Source: a virus
Length of the DNA: 49,817 bases
Virus record (IMG/VR): IMGVR_UViG_3300005340_000010
Direction: 5' to 3' (one strand)
The notes beneath the pieces are model-generated. The model saw nothing but the letters and a program-made list of their open reading frames with translations. It did no database searches and was not told the origin of the DNA. This document shows positions 1 through 8,562 of the stretch, piece after piece. How positions within the stretch are numbered: position 1 is the stretch's first letter; each line of letters starts with the position of its first letter. Made by a program: the position numbers and the translations under genes.

Positions 1-90
1 ATGGCTTTCGCGTCGTCGGGATTGACGCTTCCGGCCGGAACGCGCGCGGCGGCCATACCGGCGACCTTAACCTGCGTGGCGTTCGTCATC
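1..90. repeat. Terminal direct repeat, copy 1 (identical to 49728..49817)
   Basis: Bases 1-90 match the last 90 bases of the window exactly. A minus-strand ORF reads through the junction in frame. Confidence 0.95.
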
Positions 91-872
91 CCCGTCCGCC
101 TCGTCTCGCCCGCCTGCCGCATCCCCTCGGTAGTGACTTGCGTCTGCGAGGTGAGGCTGTCGGCGCTGGTCGGCATCGCCGATGTGGAACGCGCCTCGAA
201 GTCGCTGATGGCGTTTCCTGACGGCGACGGTACGGCCTTGGAGAGATTCGGCGTCGGCGTCCCTGCGCTGTCCGGCGCGGCATCGCGGCGCGCAAGGTCC
301 GTCGCCTGCTGCTGCGTGAACATCTGCGGAGTCGGGAATGCCTGCGCGGGACCGATCTTCATCGTCTGCGCGTAATCGTTAGGATCGGTGCCGCCCGCTG
401 CCGTGCGACCCGTTGCTGCCGCCGCCTGCACGTTTGCGTTGAGTCCGGCCTGCCGCTGAGGAGTGAGGACCGGCGCGAGCGTCGCCAGCTTCACGTACGG
501 CATCAGCTCTGGCGGGATGGCAGCGGCTTCCGCTTTCGCCTGCGTTTCAAGCGCGACGCGCTTTGGATCATTCTCCGGCAACGACTGGATGGCATCGTGA
601 TAGCTCCCCATCCGATCGATGTACTGTTTCGCCTCGACCTTTTTCTGCTCGTCGTTGTAGGTACGCTCCAGCAGGGCGAACTTATCCTGCGCTTCTTTCA
701 GCGTCCCCTGCTGGAAGCTGGCCGTATCCTGCCGCTGCCGCTCCCCGAGCGCGAGCTGTCCGCGTCCGAGCGCATCCTGTTGGTCAGCGCGCCGGTTGGC
801 GTTGTACTGATCGAGGAACTGCCCGATGATCGCCGGAGCAGGGCTTGGGCCGACTGAGATTACGTTAGGCAT
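1..872 (-). CDS. Internal virion/ejection-like protein, N-terminal 290 codons. The gene wraps the window junction and continues at 49727->49085 (504 aa in total).
   Basis: ATG at 872 overlaps the TAA of 872..2548 (TAATG). The frame stays open to base 1 and matches ORF 49085..49816 through the 90-bp repeat. It is absent from the ORF track because it has no stop before the window edge. Confidence 0.75.
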   Translation of the reverse strand, partial: MPNVISVGPSPAPAIIGQFLDQYNANRRADQQDALGRGQLALGERQRQDTASFQQGTLKEAQDKFALLERTYNDEQKKVEAKQYIDRMGSYHDAIQSLPENDPKRVALETQAKAEAAAIPPELMPYVKLATLAPVLTPQRQAGLNANVQAAAATGRTAAGGTDPNDYAQTMKIGPAQAFPTPQMFTQQQATDLARRDAAPDSAGTPTPNLSKAVPSPSGNAISDFEARSTSAMPTSADSLTSQTQVTTEGMRQAGETRRTGMTNATQVKVAGMAAARVPAGSVNPDDAKA

Positions 873-2548
873 TACGGTTTCGTCACCACGGTACCCGGCA
901 GGATTCCGTTGAGGATTCCATTCAGGGAGTTGAGATCCATGTTACCAACACCGAGCAGACCGAGAATGAACTGCCCGATGTTCTTTTCGCGATCAACGTT
1001 GAGGCCCTGCATGCCGAGTTGGAACTGAAGCTGCGCGTTCGCCTGTGACGCCTGAGCACTTGCGGCGGCGGCGGCATGCGCGGCGGCGGCTTGCAGCGCG
1101 GCGGCATCGACGCCCTTTTCCGCGCTGAACATCTGCCCCTTCAACTGAAGCTCCGACTGATACCGCGCGAGCACGTCTCCGGTGTCGATGCCGTACTTCT
1201 TCAGCGCGTTGTCCTGATTGTCGAGCCACTTTTGAAGGTCCGCGTTCGTGTTGACTTGGAACTTCGTCAGATCGGCGTTGAGGTCCGCGACATACTTCTG
1301 CATTCCGGCGTTGGTGCCGAGCGTGATGAGCGCCGTATTCTGCTGCATCTTCGCGAGGCTTTGTTGCTGGAGTGAATCGGCGAGCGTGGCCGACTGCTGG
1401 CCGCTGAGTGTGGCGAGGGCGTCGGCCTCGTTCTCTCCGAAGCCGCCGCTCTCCAGCCGCCCCGGAGTGAGCGCGGCTTCGGCGCGCAGCTTGTCGCTGA
1501 GGATCTGTTGCTGCCGCTGAAACATTGGGCTGAGCAACTTCTCCATATCCGGCCCGTTGTTCGAACCGGCTTCCTTCTGAAACATATCGATAAGCGACTG
1601 AATGTCAGGCGGCGGAGTTGCCGGTGGCTGCGTTCCGGCGGGAGGGGTTGTCCCGGTCCCCGTTCCGGCCGGGGGCGGCGTTGTTCCGGGCGGCGCGGTT
1701 GACGGCGGAGGAGTCGTTCCAGGCGTAGTCGTCGGAGTGGTCCCCATCGGCGGAGTCGTAGTAGCGGGCGGATTGTGCGTCGTCCCCGCCGCGATTGCCT
1801 GCTGATCCGGTTCCCATCGTGGGGCGACGAATCCTCCTCCGGCGGGATCGAAACCGGCAGCTCCGCCGCTCGGCTTTCCGGCCAGCGCCCATCTTCCGAT
1901 GTCATTCCACTCAGGGTGTCCCATTTCCGCGAACTTGCCGTTGGCGGCGAGAAGCCGCTGATTCGTCACGTCCTCCGTCGTGATGCTTCCGAAACTCGGG
2001 TCGAGAAACGCGAACCCCCGGTACCAGCCCGCGGCTACGGCAGGGTCTTCCGTTCCCGCCGGTTTCGGGTTGCGCTGGTCGAGGATCGCCTGCATGTCAG
2101 ACGTGAAGGCTTGTCCGCTTCTGAAGTGATCGCCGAGTTGCTGATCCGTGAACTGCGCCGCAGCGGAGGGTGGGGCTGAGGGCCGCGTGCGCGTTGACAC
2201 CGGCGTCTCACCCTGCGGCGTCGAAGGCGTCAGCGGGTTGCTGATGCTTGGCGCTGGCGTCGTAGTCGGCGTTTGTTGGCTCGTCCCGGCGTTCGGATTG
2301 CTGGTCGAAAACGCGCTGACCGGCATCGGCCCGCCGGAGCTGACGAAGCCCGAGGGAACGGCGTCCGTGTTCTTCGGCATCATGGCGTCGTTGAACGCGC
2401 TCACATGGTCAAGCACATCGGTAAATGGATTACCATTCTTGCCGGTCTGCGCTGGCATCGGCGTGAATCCGCCGCCAGTGAACGGTTGCGCGCCCGAGTT
2501 CGTGTTTGTCGTGTCGAGCGGATTATCGAAAGCGGTCATTCCTGCCAT
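872..2548 (-). CDS. Internal virion/ejection-like protein, 558 aa, with a Pro/Thr-rich linker and a Q/A/L-rich C-terminal region
   Basis: Long ORF in the late operon, downstream of the tail hub-like gene. A TTPP-type low-complexity stretch lies at about 1604..1777. No catalytic motif was seen. Confidence 0.6.
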   Translation of the reverse strand: MAGMTAFDNPLDTTNTNSGAQPFTGGGFTPMPAQTGKNGNPFTDVLDHVSAFNDAMMPKNTDAVPSGFVSSGGPMPVSAFSTSNPNAGTSQQTPTTTPAPSISNPLTPSTPQGETPVSTRTRPSAPPSAAAQFTDQQLGDHFRSGQAFTSDMQAILDQRNPKPAGTEDPAVAAGWYRGFAFLDPSFGSITTEDVTNQRLLAANGKFAEMGHPEWNDIGRWALAGKPSGGAAGFDPAGGGFVAPRWEPDQQAIAAGTTHNPPATTTPPMGTTPTTTPGTTPPPSTAPPGTTPPPAGTGTGTTPPAGTQPPATPPPDIQSLIDMFQKEAGSNNGPDMEKLLSPMFQRQQQILSDKLRAEAALTPGRLESGGFGENEADALATLSGQQSATLADSLQQQSLAKMQQNTALITLGTNAGMQKYVADLNADLTKFQVNTNADLQKWLDNQDNALKKYGIDTGDVLARYQSELQLKGQMFSAEKGVDAAALQAAAAHAAAAASAQASQANAQLQFQLGMQGLNVDREKNIGQFILGLLGVGNMDLNSLNGILNGILPGTVVTKP

Positions 2549-2560
2549 CAGTTTGCTCGC

Positions 2561-3352
2561 TTACGGCGCGTAGGTATCGCCGCCGCCTGTTGCCGGTGCC
2601 GCCGGTACGCTCATCTTCGTTCGGTTCGCGGCGTCAAGCCATGCCTGCTCGGCGGGCGTTGGATTATCAACGGACCATTTGCCAGTCGTCGGATCAACCT
2701 TGACGCGCTCCGGAGTGATACCAGGAGGGATGCTCGACACGGCTTGTGAGGTCTCGGGAGGTGCGCCGGAAATCGAAGGCATCTTGCCGAAGTCCACCGT
2801 TGGGACCTTCACGCCGCCCATGAAAGCAGGATTCCCGGTCGCGCTATTCGGCATCTTGAAATCTGGATTCAGGCCGTTCAAGCCTTTCAAATACTGCTCG
2901 GTATAACCAGACGCGAAATCGTAAAGACTTTTCGTCTTGTCGAGCCGGTAGGTTTCGGATGGCGATGGCGGAACGGGGTAGAAGTTCGGCGTCTGATCGG
3001 CCTTTTTGAGGCTGTAGATCGCCAGCGCGGCGTTGATGATGTCGCCCCACTTCAGAGATGAGCCGAGGATGCCCGCGCCGGTTGCGGCTCCGGCTCCAGT
3101 GGTGGCCGCCGTCCCCGCTGCCGGTGCGGCACCCGCTCCCATGTAGGTGTCGATGATGCTGTTGCCGCTGCCACTGCTTCCGCCGGGGAGTCCTCCGCCG
3201 CCGGGACCGGGAGGTGCATGCTGAGTCTTGCCGGAAGTATCCACGACTGGCGATGCGAGCGCTCCGGTTCCGCCGTCGCTGAATGGCGAGTAACCGCCCC
3301 ATCGAATATTCAGCGGGTCATTATCGGGATCGACCCATGCAGTGTTCGCCAT
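2561..3352 (-). CDS. Internal virion/ejection-like protein, 263 aa, with a Gly/Ala-rich hydrophobic segment
   Basis: ORF in the late operon, with GGAG 9 nt upstream of the ATG. The G/A-rich hydrophobic core resembles podovirus ejection proteins. Function is inferred from position only. Confidence 0.55.
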   Translation of the reverse strand: MANTAWVDPDNDPLNIRWGGYSPFSDGGTGALASPVVDTSGKTQHAPPGPGGGGLPGGSSGSGNSIIDTYMGAGAAPAAGTAATTGAGAATGAGILGSSLKWGDIINAALAIYSLKKADQTPNFYPVPPSPSETYRLDKTKSLYDFASGYTEQYLKGLNGLNPDFKMPNSATGNPAFMGGVKVPTVDFGKMPSISGAPPETSQAVSSIPPGITPERVKVDPTTGKWSVDNPTPAEQAWLDAANRTKMSVPAAPATGGGDTYAP

Positions 3353-3426
3353 CGCGCCACGGTCTCCGCTGTTACGTGAGCGCCTGCCTCCGAAAGCGAA
3401 GTGCGGCTAACGAGCGATAGTGTAAC

Positions 3427-5718
3427 TCAGGTTGCGTTCACTCGGCCCGGGTCGCCACGGTGGACGCGAAGCAGGGCGTCGGCTTTGCTGATGCACCAAT
3501 TACGTTTCCCGCCCGCTCCGACTCTGCTTATCTTGGCGGTCACACTCACCCCTGTTGCCGTCACCGGCAGCTTGATGCGTGGATCGGTCAGCCATGATGT
3601 GACCGGGTATCCGTCCGGCGTCGTGTAGGTCGCCCCGCGATCGTACGAGTAGGAGATCGACAGCGAGCCGTTCTGCACCGTTGCGAGGTGAAAGAGGCCG
3701 ACTTCCAGTAGCGTCGCTTCGTATCGAGCCGCGAACAGTTCGAACGGCTTTGGAACGATGTCATTCGCGATGCTCCAACTTGTCCCGCCGCCCGTCGCGA
3801 TCGTATCCGCCGCGTCGCTCGTTTCATCGAACCGAGTAGCCGCCGCTCCTCCGAACGAAACGAGCATTCGGTTGCTGGTCGGATCGAAGATCATCGCGCG
3901 GACTTCTGCGCTCGTTCCGGTAGGGTTTGTATCGAGGTAGGACCACAGGCCGGATTGAATCGAGTAGATGTAAATCTTCCCCTTCTGCGTGTAGACCCAT
4001 ACATCCTTGTTCGCGTGGTCGATCGCGAGGAGCGGCATGTTGTACGTCGATTGCGATTCGACCCAATTGCTCCCTCGCGCGAAGATTTCCTCGAACATAC
4101 CCGGCGAGTCGATCATCGTCGGTCCTGAGTCCTCGCCGACCTTCATTTTGTAGACGTGGTTTTCGCCGATCCAATAGAGGTCGTTGTCGCGCGAAACGTC
4201 GAGCGCGAGAGGGTTGATGCAGCCGACAGAGAGCGCGGGCGACTCGGGTAGGATTGGCTCGAACGGATCGGCGTTGCCCTTGAAAATCCACATGCCGGAG
4301 CGCTTGAAAACGATTAGGCGCCCGTTGCTCACGATGGATGCGGTTGCGAGGCCCGCGATCTCGGTGAGAGGGTAGGTGTTGCGGGCAAGAATTCGTTTCG
4401 GGTCGCTGATCTCGCTCCAGATTACAGCGTCAATGTTGATCGTCGCCACGTTAGTCAACTCTTTGTTGAAGAATGGGTAAAAAAAGTCACCTACAGTGAG
4501 CTGAAAACCGTAATTCTTTTTGCGCGGATCACCGTCCGGCACGCCGTCTTTCAGGCTGACATCAATAGGCGCTAACGTGTACGTCGGCGACGCCGAGTTG
4601 CCGAAACTAATCCTCGCGTATACGGAGACGAGGTTGGGCGTCGGTGGAAGTGAATATTGAACGTAGCCTGTCGTAAATCCAGGCGCGTCGGTGCTATTTC
4701 GCACAAAGAATTCGCTGCTCGCCATGACGTTGCCGCCTTCGCATATCCACGTCACGGTGCCATCCACCGTGGTCGTGCCGACTGTCGTAGCGAAGGCCGG
4801 AGCGGCAGCGGCGGAGGTTCCAGCGATCGTGCATCGCTGCCTATTCCCGGCCGCGTCAACGATCAACCACCCCGCCGTGTACGCTGTTAAATTATTCCTT
4901 CCGACAGAAAGTAATAGCGAAACCGTCATCGGCATGTCGTATGTGGCGCTGACCGATCGGAATGACCACGAAAACGTCACGGGCTGATTTGCGGCCGAGG
5001 GTGCCAACAAGAGACCCGAAGGACTGAACGTCACGCCGTTGACTACAGACGAACCGTCAAGTCTAAAAGTCGCTGCGGCCGCAGTAGGAGTGACACGGCA
5101 AATCGTGGATGTGCTGGATGTAACGTTGTTGGCTACGCAATTCGTGAGAAGCCATTCCCCTGCCGCGACCGTCAGATCGTAGGCTCTCGTTTGGTTGTAC
5201 CGATTCGTGACTGTGATTCGTGGATACACGAGGAAAATTCTATCGATATACGACACGATCGAGCGCGCGTTGATCGTCGAATTGAACGGCGCCATGCTCA
5301 GATTCGTCCCATCGTAGACCGCCATCGCAGTCGGCACGCCAGCGCCGTTATCGAAAGCCAGGTACAGCTTGCCGAGGATGTTGGTGTAACCGGTCAGCCG
5401 AATCGAAGCCGTCAGGCCCGCGAGGCCAGTTCCGTACCCCTGTCCGTTCGCATTTTTCGTGTAGAGCTTGTTGTCCGCGCTGCATGTCGCGACCGTCTTT
5501 TGCAGTTCGTTCGTCATATCCTGCCAGATAGCGAAACCGCTGACCGCATCGAGCGAGTCGTAGACGAACGGTGCGCGACCTTCGAAACGGTTGGGTCGGA
5601 TCATGTAGTTTCGGAGGACGGAGACGAAGCCCGGCGGAATGGTGCTTGGGTCGCCTGCTCCGAAAATTCCTCCGAGGTCAACCGGGATGGTGTTGTGCCG
5701 CTTGCCCTTCGGTTTCAC
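3427..5718 (-). CDS. Large tail structural protein, 763 aa (possible podovirus tail hub/nozzle)
   Basis: Largest ORF of the tail region, with beta-rich composition. It sits after an adaptor-like gene and before the ejection-like proteins. No motif-level identification. Confidence 0.5.
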   Translation of the reverse strand: MKPKGKRHNTIPVDLGGIFGAGDPSTIPPGFVSVLRNYMIRPNRFEGRAPFVYDSLDAVSGFAIWQDMTNELQKTVATCSADNKLYTKNANGQGYGTGLAGLTASIRLTGYTNILGKLYLAFDNGAGVPTAMAVYDGTNLSMAPFNSTINARSIVSYIDRIFLVYPRITVTNRYNQTRAYDLTVAAGEWLLTNCVANNVTSSTSTICRVTPTAAAATFRLDGSSVVNGVTFSPSGLLLAPSAANQPVTFSWSFRSVSATYDMPMTVSLLLSVGRNNLTAYTAGWLIVDAAGNRQRCTIAGTSAAAAPAFATTVGTTTVDGTVTWICEGGNVMASSEFFVRNSTDAPGFTTGYVQYSLPPTPNLVSVYARISFGNSASPTYTLAPIDVSLKDGVPDGDPRKKNYGFQLTVGDFFYPFFNKELTNVATINIDAVIWSEISDPKRILARNTYPLTEIAGLATASIVSNGRLIVFKRSGMWIFKGNADPFEPILPESPALSVGCINPLALDVSRDNDLYWIGENHVYKMKVGEDSGPTMIDSPGMFEEIFARGSNWVESQSTYNMPLLAIDHANKDVWVYTQKGKIYIYSIQSGLWSYLDTNPTGTSAEVRAMIFDPTSNRMLVSFGGAAATRFDETSDAADTIATGGGTSWSIANDIVPKPFELFAARYEATLLEVGLFHLATVQNGSLSISYSYDRGATYTTPDGYPVTSWLTDPRIKLPVTATGVSVTAKISRVGAGGKRNWCISKADALLRVHRGDPGRVNAT

Positions 5719-6008
5719 TGGATGCCAGCTCTCGCTTCGAATACTCCGGCGTGCGCCGTACGGAACGCCATCTGCGTTTCCGATTGCGGGTCATCGGGGT
5801 CAATCCACCACCGACTGTCCACGTGAGGTTCCACGTGCCACACGTTGGGGATGACTCCTAGATTGTGCGCCACCACGACCGCCGCGGCGGCGCCAGCAGC
5901 GACAACCGATACCGGCGTTGACCACCGGATGACGTTCGCGAGGTTCGCCGCCGCCGCAGTGTTGATTTCGTCGGCATTCGGTTTACGGACGAGCGAGCGC
6001 AGGTTCAC
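5715..6008 (-). CDS. Hypothetical virion-module protein, 97 aa
   Basis: 4-nt overlaps with both neighbours, on the same strand as the late operon. Confidence 0.6.
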   Translation of the reverse strand: MNLRSLVRKPNADEINTAAAANLANVIRWSTPVSVVAAGAAAAVVVAHNLGVIPNVWHVEPHVDSRWWIDPDDPQSETQMAFRTAHAGVFEARAGIQ

Positions 6009-6772
6009 GACGGCGACCCCGCCACTCGCGTAGTTGTTTTCTTCCTGGCGCGCTCTTTCTCGCCGGGGCTGATGAGGCGCCCCAACTTCGTTTCAACTTG
6101 CGTGCGTTTCTCGCTCGCTTCATCCCATCCCATTTTCTCCATCGAAACGGCGACGGAGAGATCAATTGCGAGGAGTTGAAGGCGCGGCGACATGAGGAGC
6201 GTATCCGTGTCGGCAGAAAGGATGTTGTCCATGCGCGTCCCCTGCAAAACGACCGTGGCGCGGTAGTCGGTCGGAGAGATCGAAGGCGTCGGCCAGAACT
6301 CCACGCGCGAACCTGCGCGGCGGTACAGCGTCGGCCAGCCGGTTGATGTGCGTGAGAAGAGGCCGAAGTCATCGTTTGCCCCCTGCGGCTCGGATGACGG
6401 CTTCAGAGTCACAGTGGAAGGATCGTACGCAGCCGTGCTCTCCGCGTAGAACATCGCCTCCAGCCAGAGCATGCGCTCGGGGAGCGGGAGCCAGTTCTGT
6501 CCCGCGATCGTCACATCCCACCAGCGCCAGTTTCGCAGGCGCGGAAGCTGATCCAACATCTCGCGCCCCATCGAAAGGCCGAGCGTCTGAATCTCCTCGA
6601 TGGCTTGATTGCAGTAGGTCGGGATGAGGGTGTAGTGGTCGTGCTGCGAAGGCAGGTTGTCAAGCTGCGCGCGGACGCGACCCTGAAACGATGTTTTCGT
6701 TCCAATCGGACCGAATGGAATGTCCGTCTCGGCGGGAGAAGTGGTCGCGCTGTCTACTTCGGTCCATGCCAC
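6005..6772 (-). CDS. Virion structural protein, 255 aa (possible head-tail adaptor)
   Basis: First gene of the tail sub-block and coupled to the downstream ORFs. Function is inferred from position only. Confidence 0.5.
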   Translation of the reverse strand: MAWTEVDSATTSPAETDIPFGPIGTKTSFQGRVRAQLDNLPSQHDHYTLIPTYCNQAIEEIQTLGLSMGREMLDQLPRLRNWRWWDVTIAGQNWLPLPERMLWLEAMFYAESTAAYDPSTVTLKPSSEPQGANDDFGLFSRTSTGWPTLYRRAGSRVEFWPTPSISPTDYRATVVLQGTRMDNILSADTDTLLMSPRLQLLAIDLSVAVSMEKMGWDEASEKRTQVETKLGRLISPGEKERARKKTTTRVAGSPS

Positions 6773-6819
6773 AAAAGAAAGTGTAGCAGATACCGTTTTC
6801 GGTTTCTTTCTTTTACCCC

Positions 6820-6848
6820 TTGCGCGCCACGAAAGAAGGACTTACATT
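6820..6848 (+). promoter_or_regulatory. Sigma70-like promoter for the plus-strand moron: TTGCGC-17-TACATT
   Basis: -35 at 6820..6825, a 17-bp spacer and -10 at 6843..6848. A 27-nt leader carrying GGAGG precedes ATG 6876. It lies in an AT-richer 100-bp gap. Confidence 0.4.
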
Positions 6849-6875
6849 TTTGCGTCTCACGAAAAAGGAGGAGAA

Positions 6876-7379
6876 ATGAAAAGATTAGTTTTCGCCGCAC
6901 TGCTCACCATCGCCGCACTGTCCGCAACCGCTCAGAGTTACCCGTCGAAGATCACCGTTCATCTTTACGGCACACCCGAAGCCGCATCGTACGCTCTGGA
7001 CCGCTCCTACGATCCAGATCAGCAGGACCGGATGAGTCTTGTTCCGACGCTTTCGCTGTATCGCTCCGGCACCTATTCTCGAAACGATCTGAGTTGGGCG
7101 CTCGTCTATACGCCAACGGATTCGGATACGTCGTGCTCGACGGATGCCGCCGGATACGACACGCCGGAGACGTGGATCGGCGGCCCGATCTGCGGAAGTG
7201 GCCTGTTCAACTGGACGCTTTCTCAGTTCACCACGATCGCCGACGCCAAAGCGTTCTACGACGGACTAGATTCTGCGCAAAAAACGACGGCTATAATTTA
7301 TCGCGTACCCGGAGAGAATCACTCCTTCAACCGCAAGTACATCGTGTTTTATCAGACGCACGGCGGATTTTGCTTCTGA
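6876..7379 (+). CDS. Secreted protein of unknown function, 167 aa (moron-like, opposite strand within the tail module)
   Basis: aaaaaGGAGGagaaATG start context. The N-terminus MKRLVFAALLTIAALSATA/QS looks like a Sec signal peptide. The 5' codons (AAA AGA TTA GTT) are atypical for this GC-rich genome. Its stop lies 1 nt from the stop of 7381..8172. Confidence 0.7.
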   Translation: MKRLVFAALLTIAALSATAQSYPSKITVHLYGTPEAASYALDRSYDPDQQDRMSLVPTLSLYRSGTYSRNDLSWALVYTPTDSDTSCSTDAAGYDTPETWIGGPICGSGLFNWTLSQFTTIADAKAFYDGLDSAQKTTAIIYRVPGENHSFNRKYIVFYQTHGGFCF

Positions 7380-7380
7380 C

Positions 7381-8172
7381 TCACGCCGTAACCCATGCGG
7401 CGCCGTTGTAAAAAACTGGCGTTACGACGGCGCCGCCACCCACGACCGGCTGACCGAACAAGGGCGCGTTAGCGTCAGTGACGAACGCCCGCATGCCCTG
7501 AGTGCCAGCCGGAAGAGTGGCGACGGTGTAGCTCTTCAGAATGATCGGCGCGACGACTTGGACGACCTGAGTTGTCGCGCCGATGATGATTGCCGCAGTC
7601 GCGTTTGTTCCGATGCGAACCGGCGCGGCATTCGTCGAGCCGAACGTGACACCTGCCGTCCCCATGCTACCGTTGTTGAAGCTGGATTGTCCGGCGAGGT
7701 TGAGTCCGAACAGGGTTCCGCTGAAGGACGAACCGAAAGCGCTGGTCTGCGCTATAGCGGAATCCGACTGCGCCACGATCACGGTAGCCGCTCCGGTGGA
7801 AGCGGCATCGGAGTTGTTCGCAATGATCTTTGTGATTTGATTTCCGTCTTGCTTCACGGAAACGCGAACGCCGTTTGTCCCCGATGGCGCAACTCCAACC
7901 CCTACGTTGCCGGAAGTTTGGAGCGTGTCGGTCGTTGGGCCGATCAGCGCTGGATTCGTCTGTATGACAAACGTAGTGCCGGTGCCGGTTTGCGAGGCGA
8001 TGGAGGTTGCGTTGCCGACCGAGGTAATCGGGCCGGTCAGGTTCGCGTTGACTGTCGCCGTCCCGGTCGTGTTGCCGGTGCCGCCCGCCGCGATCGGAAG
8101 AACGATGGTCGTATCAGTCGAGTCGGAGCGGACCCACCTACGGCTGTCGTAGATAGCGACATAGTTCGCCAT
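7381..8172 (-). CDS. Tail fibre protein, 263 aa
   Basis: N-terminal LPIAAGGTGNTTGTA motif and G/T/S/A-rich beta repeats typical of phage fibres. The C-terminal ATLPAGTQGMRAFVTDA...PVFYNGAAW segment looks like a fibre tip domain. Confidence 0.6.
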   Translation of the reverse strand: MANYVAIYDSRRWVRSDSTDTTIVLPIAAGGTGNTTGTATVNANLTGPITSVGNATSIASQTGTGTTFVIQTNPALIGPTTDTLQTSGNVGVGVAPSGTNGVRVSVKQDGNQITKIIANNSDAASTGAATVIVAQSDSAIAQTSAFGSSFSGTLFGLNLAGQSSFNNGSMGTAGVTFGSTNAAPVRIGTNATAAIIIGATTQVVQVVAPIILKSYTVATLPAGTQGMRAFVTDANAPLFGQPVVGGGAVVTPVFYNGAAWVTA

Positions 8173-8175
8173 GGC

Positions 8176-8550
8176 TCACACGAACCACATCGTTGTCACT
8201 TCGCTCGTCTCGCCGTTCGCATTGATGAACCTGAATTGCAAAAGCGTTTGCCGCTGATCCTCGAAACGGAGCAGTGTTCCTGTGGGGATGTACAGACCTT
8301 CATCGGCGGTGGGGTTCGTGCCGTCCGTACGAACGCGAATGCCGCCACCCTTGATGGAGATGAGAGCGTGTCGCGCGTCGGACGGCAGCGCGGTTCCAGC
8401 GGCGACGGTGCCGGTCAGGGGCTGCGCTGCCGTTGGCGTGTAGCGCGCGTACCCTTTGCCGGACCAATTGGCCTGCAACAGATCAGAAGCGCCCTGCTGG
8501 CTGATGTACGGCTGCCATTCTGCGGCAATGTTGATCTCGGCTGCTGACAT
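8176..8550 (-). CDS. Hypothetical virion-module protein, 124 aa
   Basis: Tightly packed ORF between the glycosyltransferase-like gene and the tail fibre gene. Confidence 0.6.
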   Translation of the reverse strand: MSAAEINIAAEWQPYISQQGASDLLQANWSGKGYARYTPTAAQPLTGTVAAGTALPSDARHALISIKGGGIRVRTDGTNPTADEGLYIPTGTLLRFEDQRQTLLQFRFINANGETSEVTTMWFV

Positions 8551-8562
8551 GATTCGTCTCCT

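Noticed and set aside
1-90. Interpreting the 90-bp repeat as genuine direct terminal repeats marking the physical genome ends.
   Set aside because: The repeat lies inside an ORF that is continuous across the junction. Assembly overlap of a circular or permuted genome is more parsimonious. This cannot be settled without reads.
1-375. Tracked plus-strand ORF starting at base 1 (124 aa).
   Set aside because: It is antisense to the junction-spanning minus-strand gene. Its start is an artefact of the window edge, and its composition is Ala/Cys/Val-rich and not protein-like.
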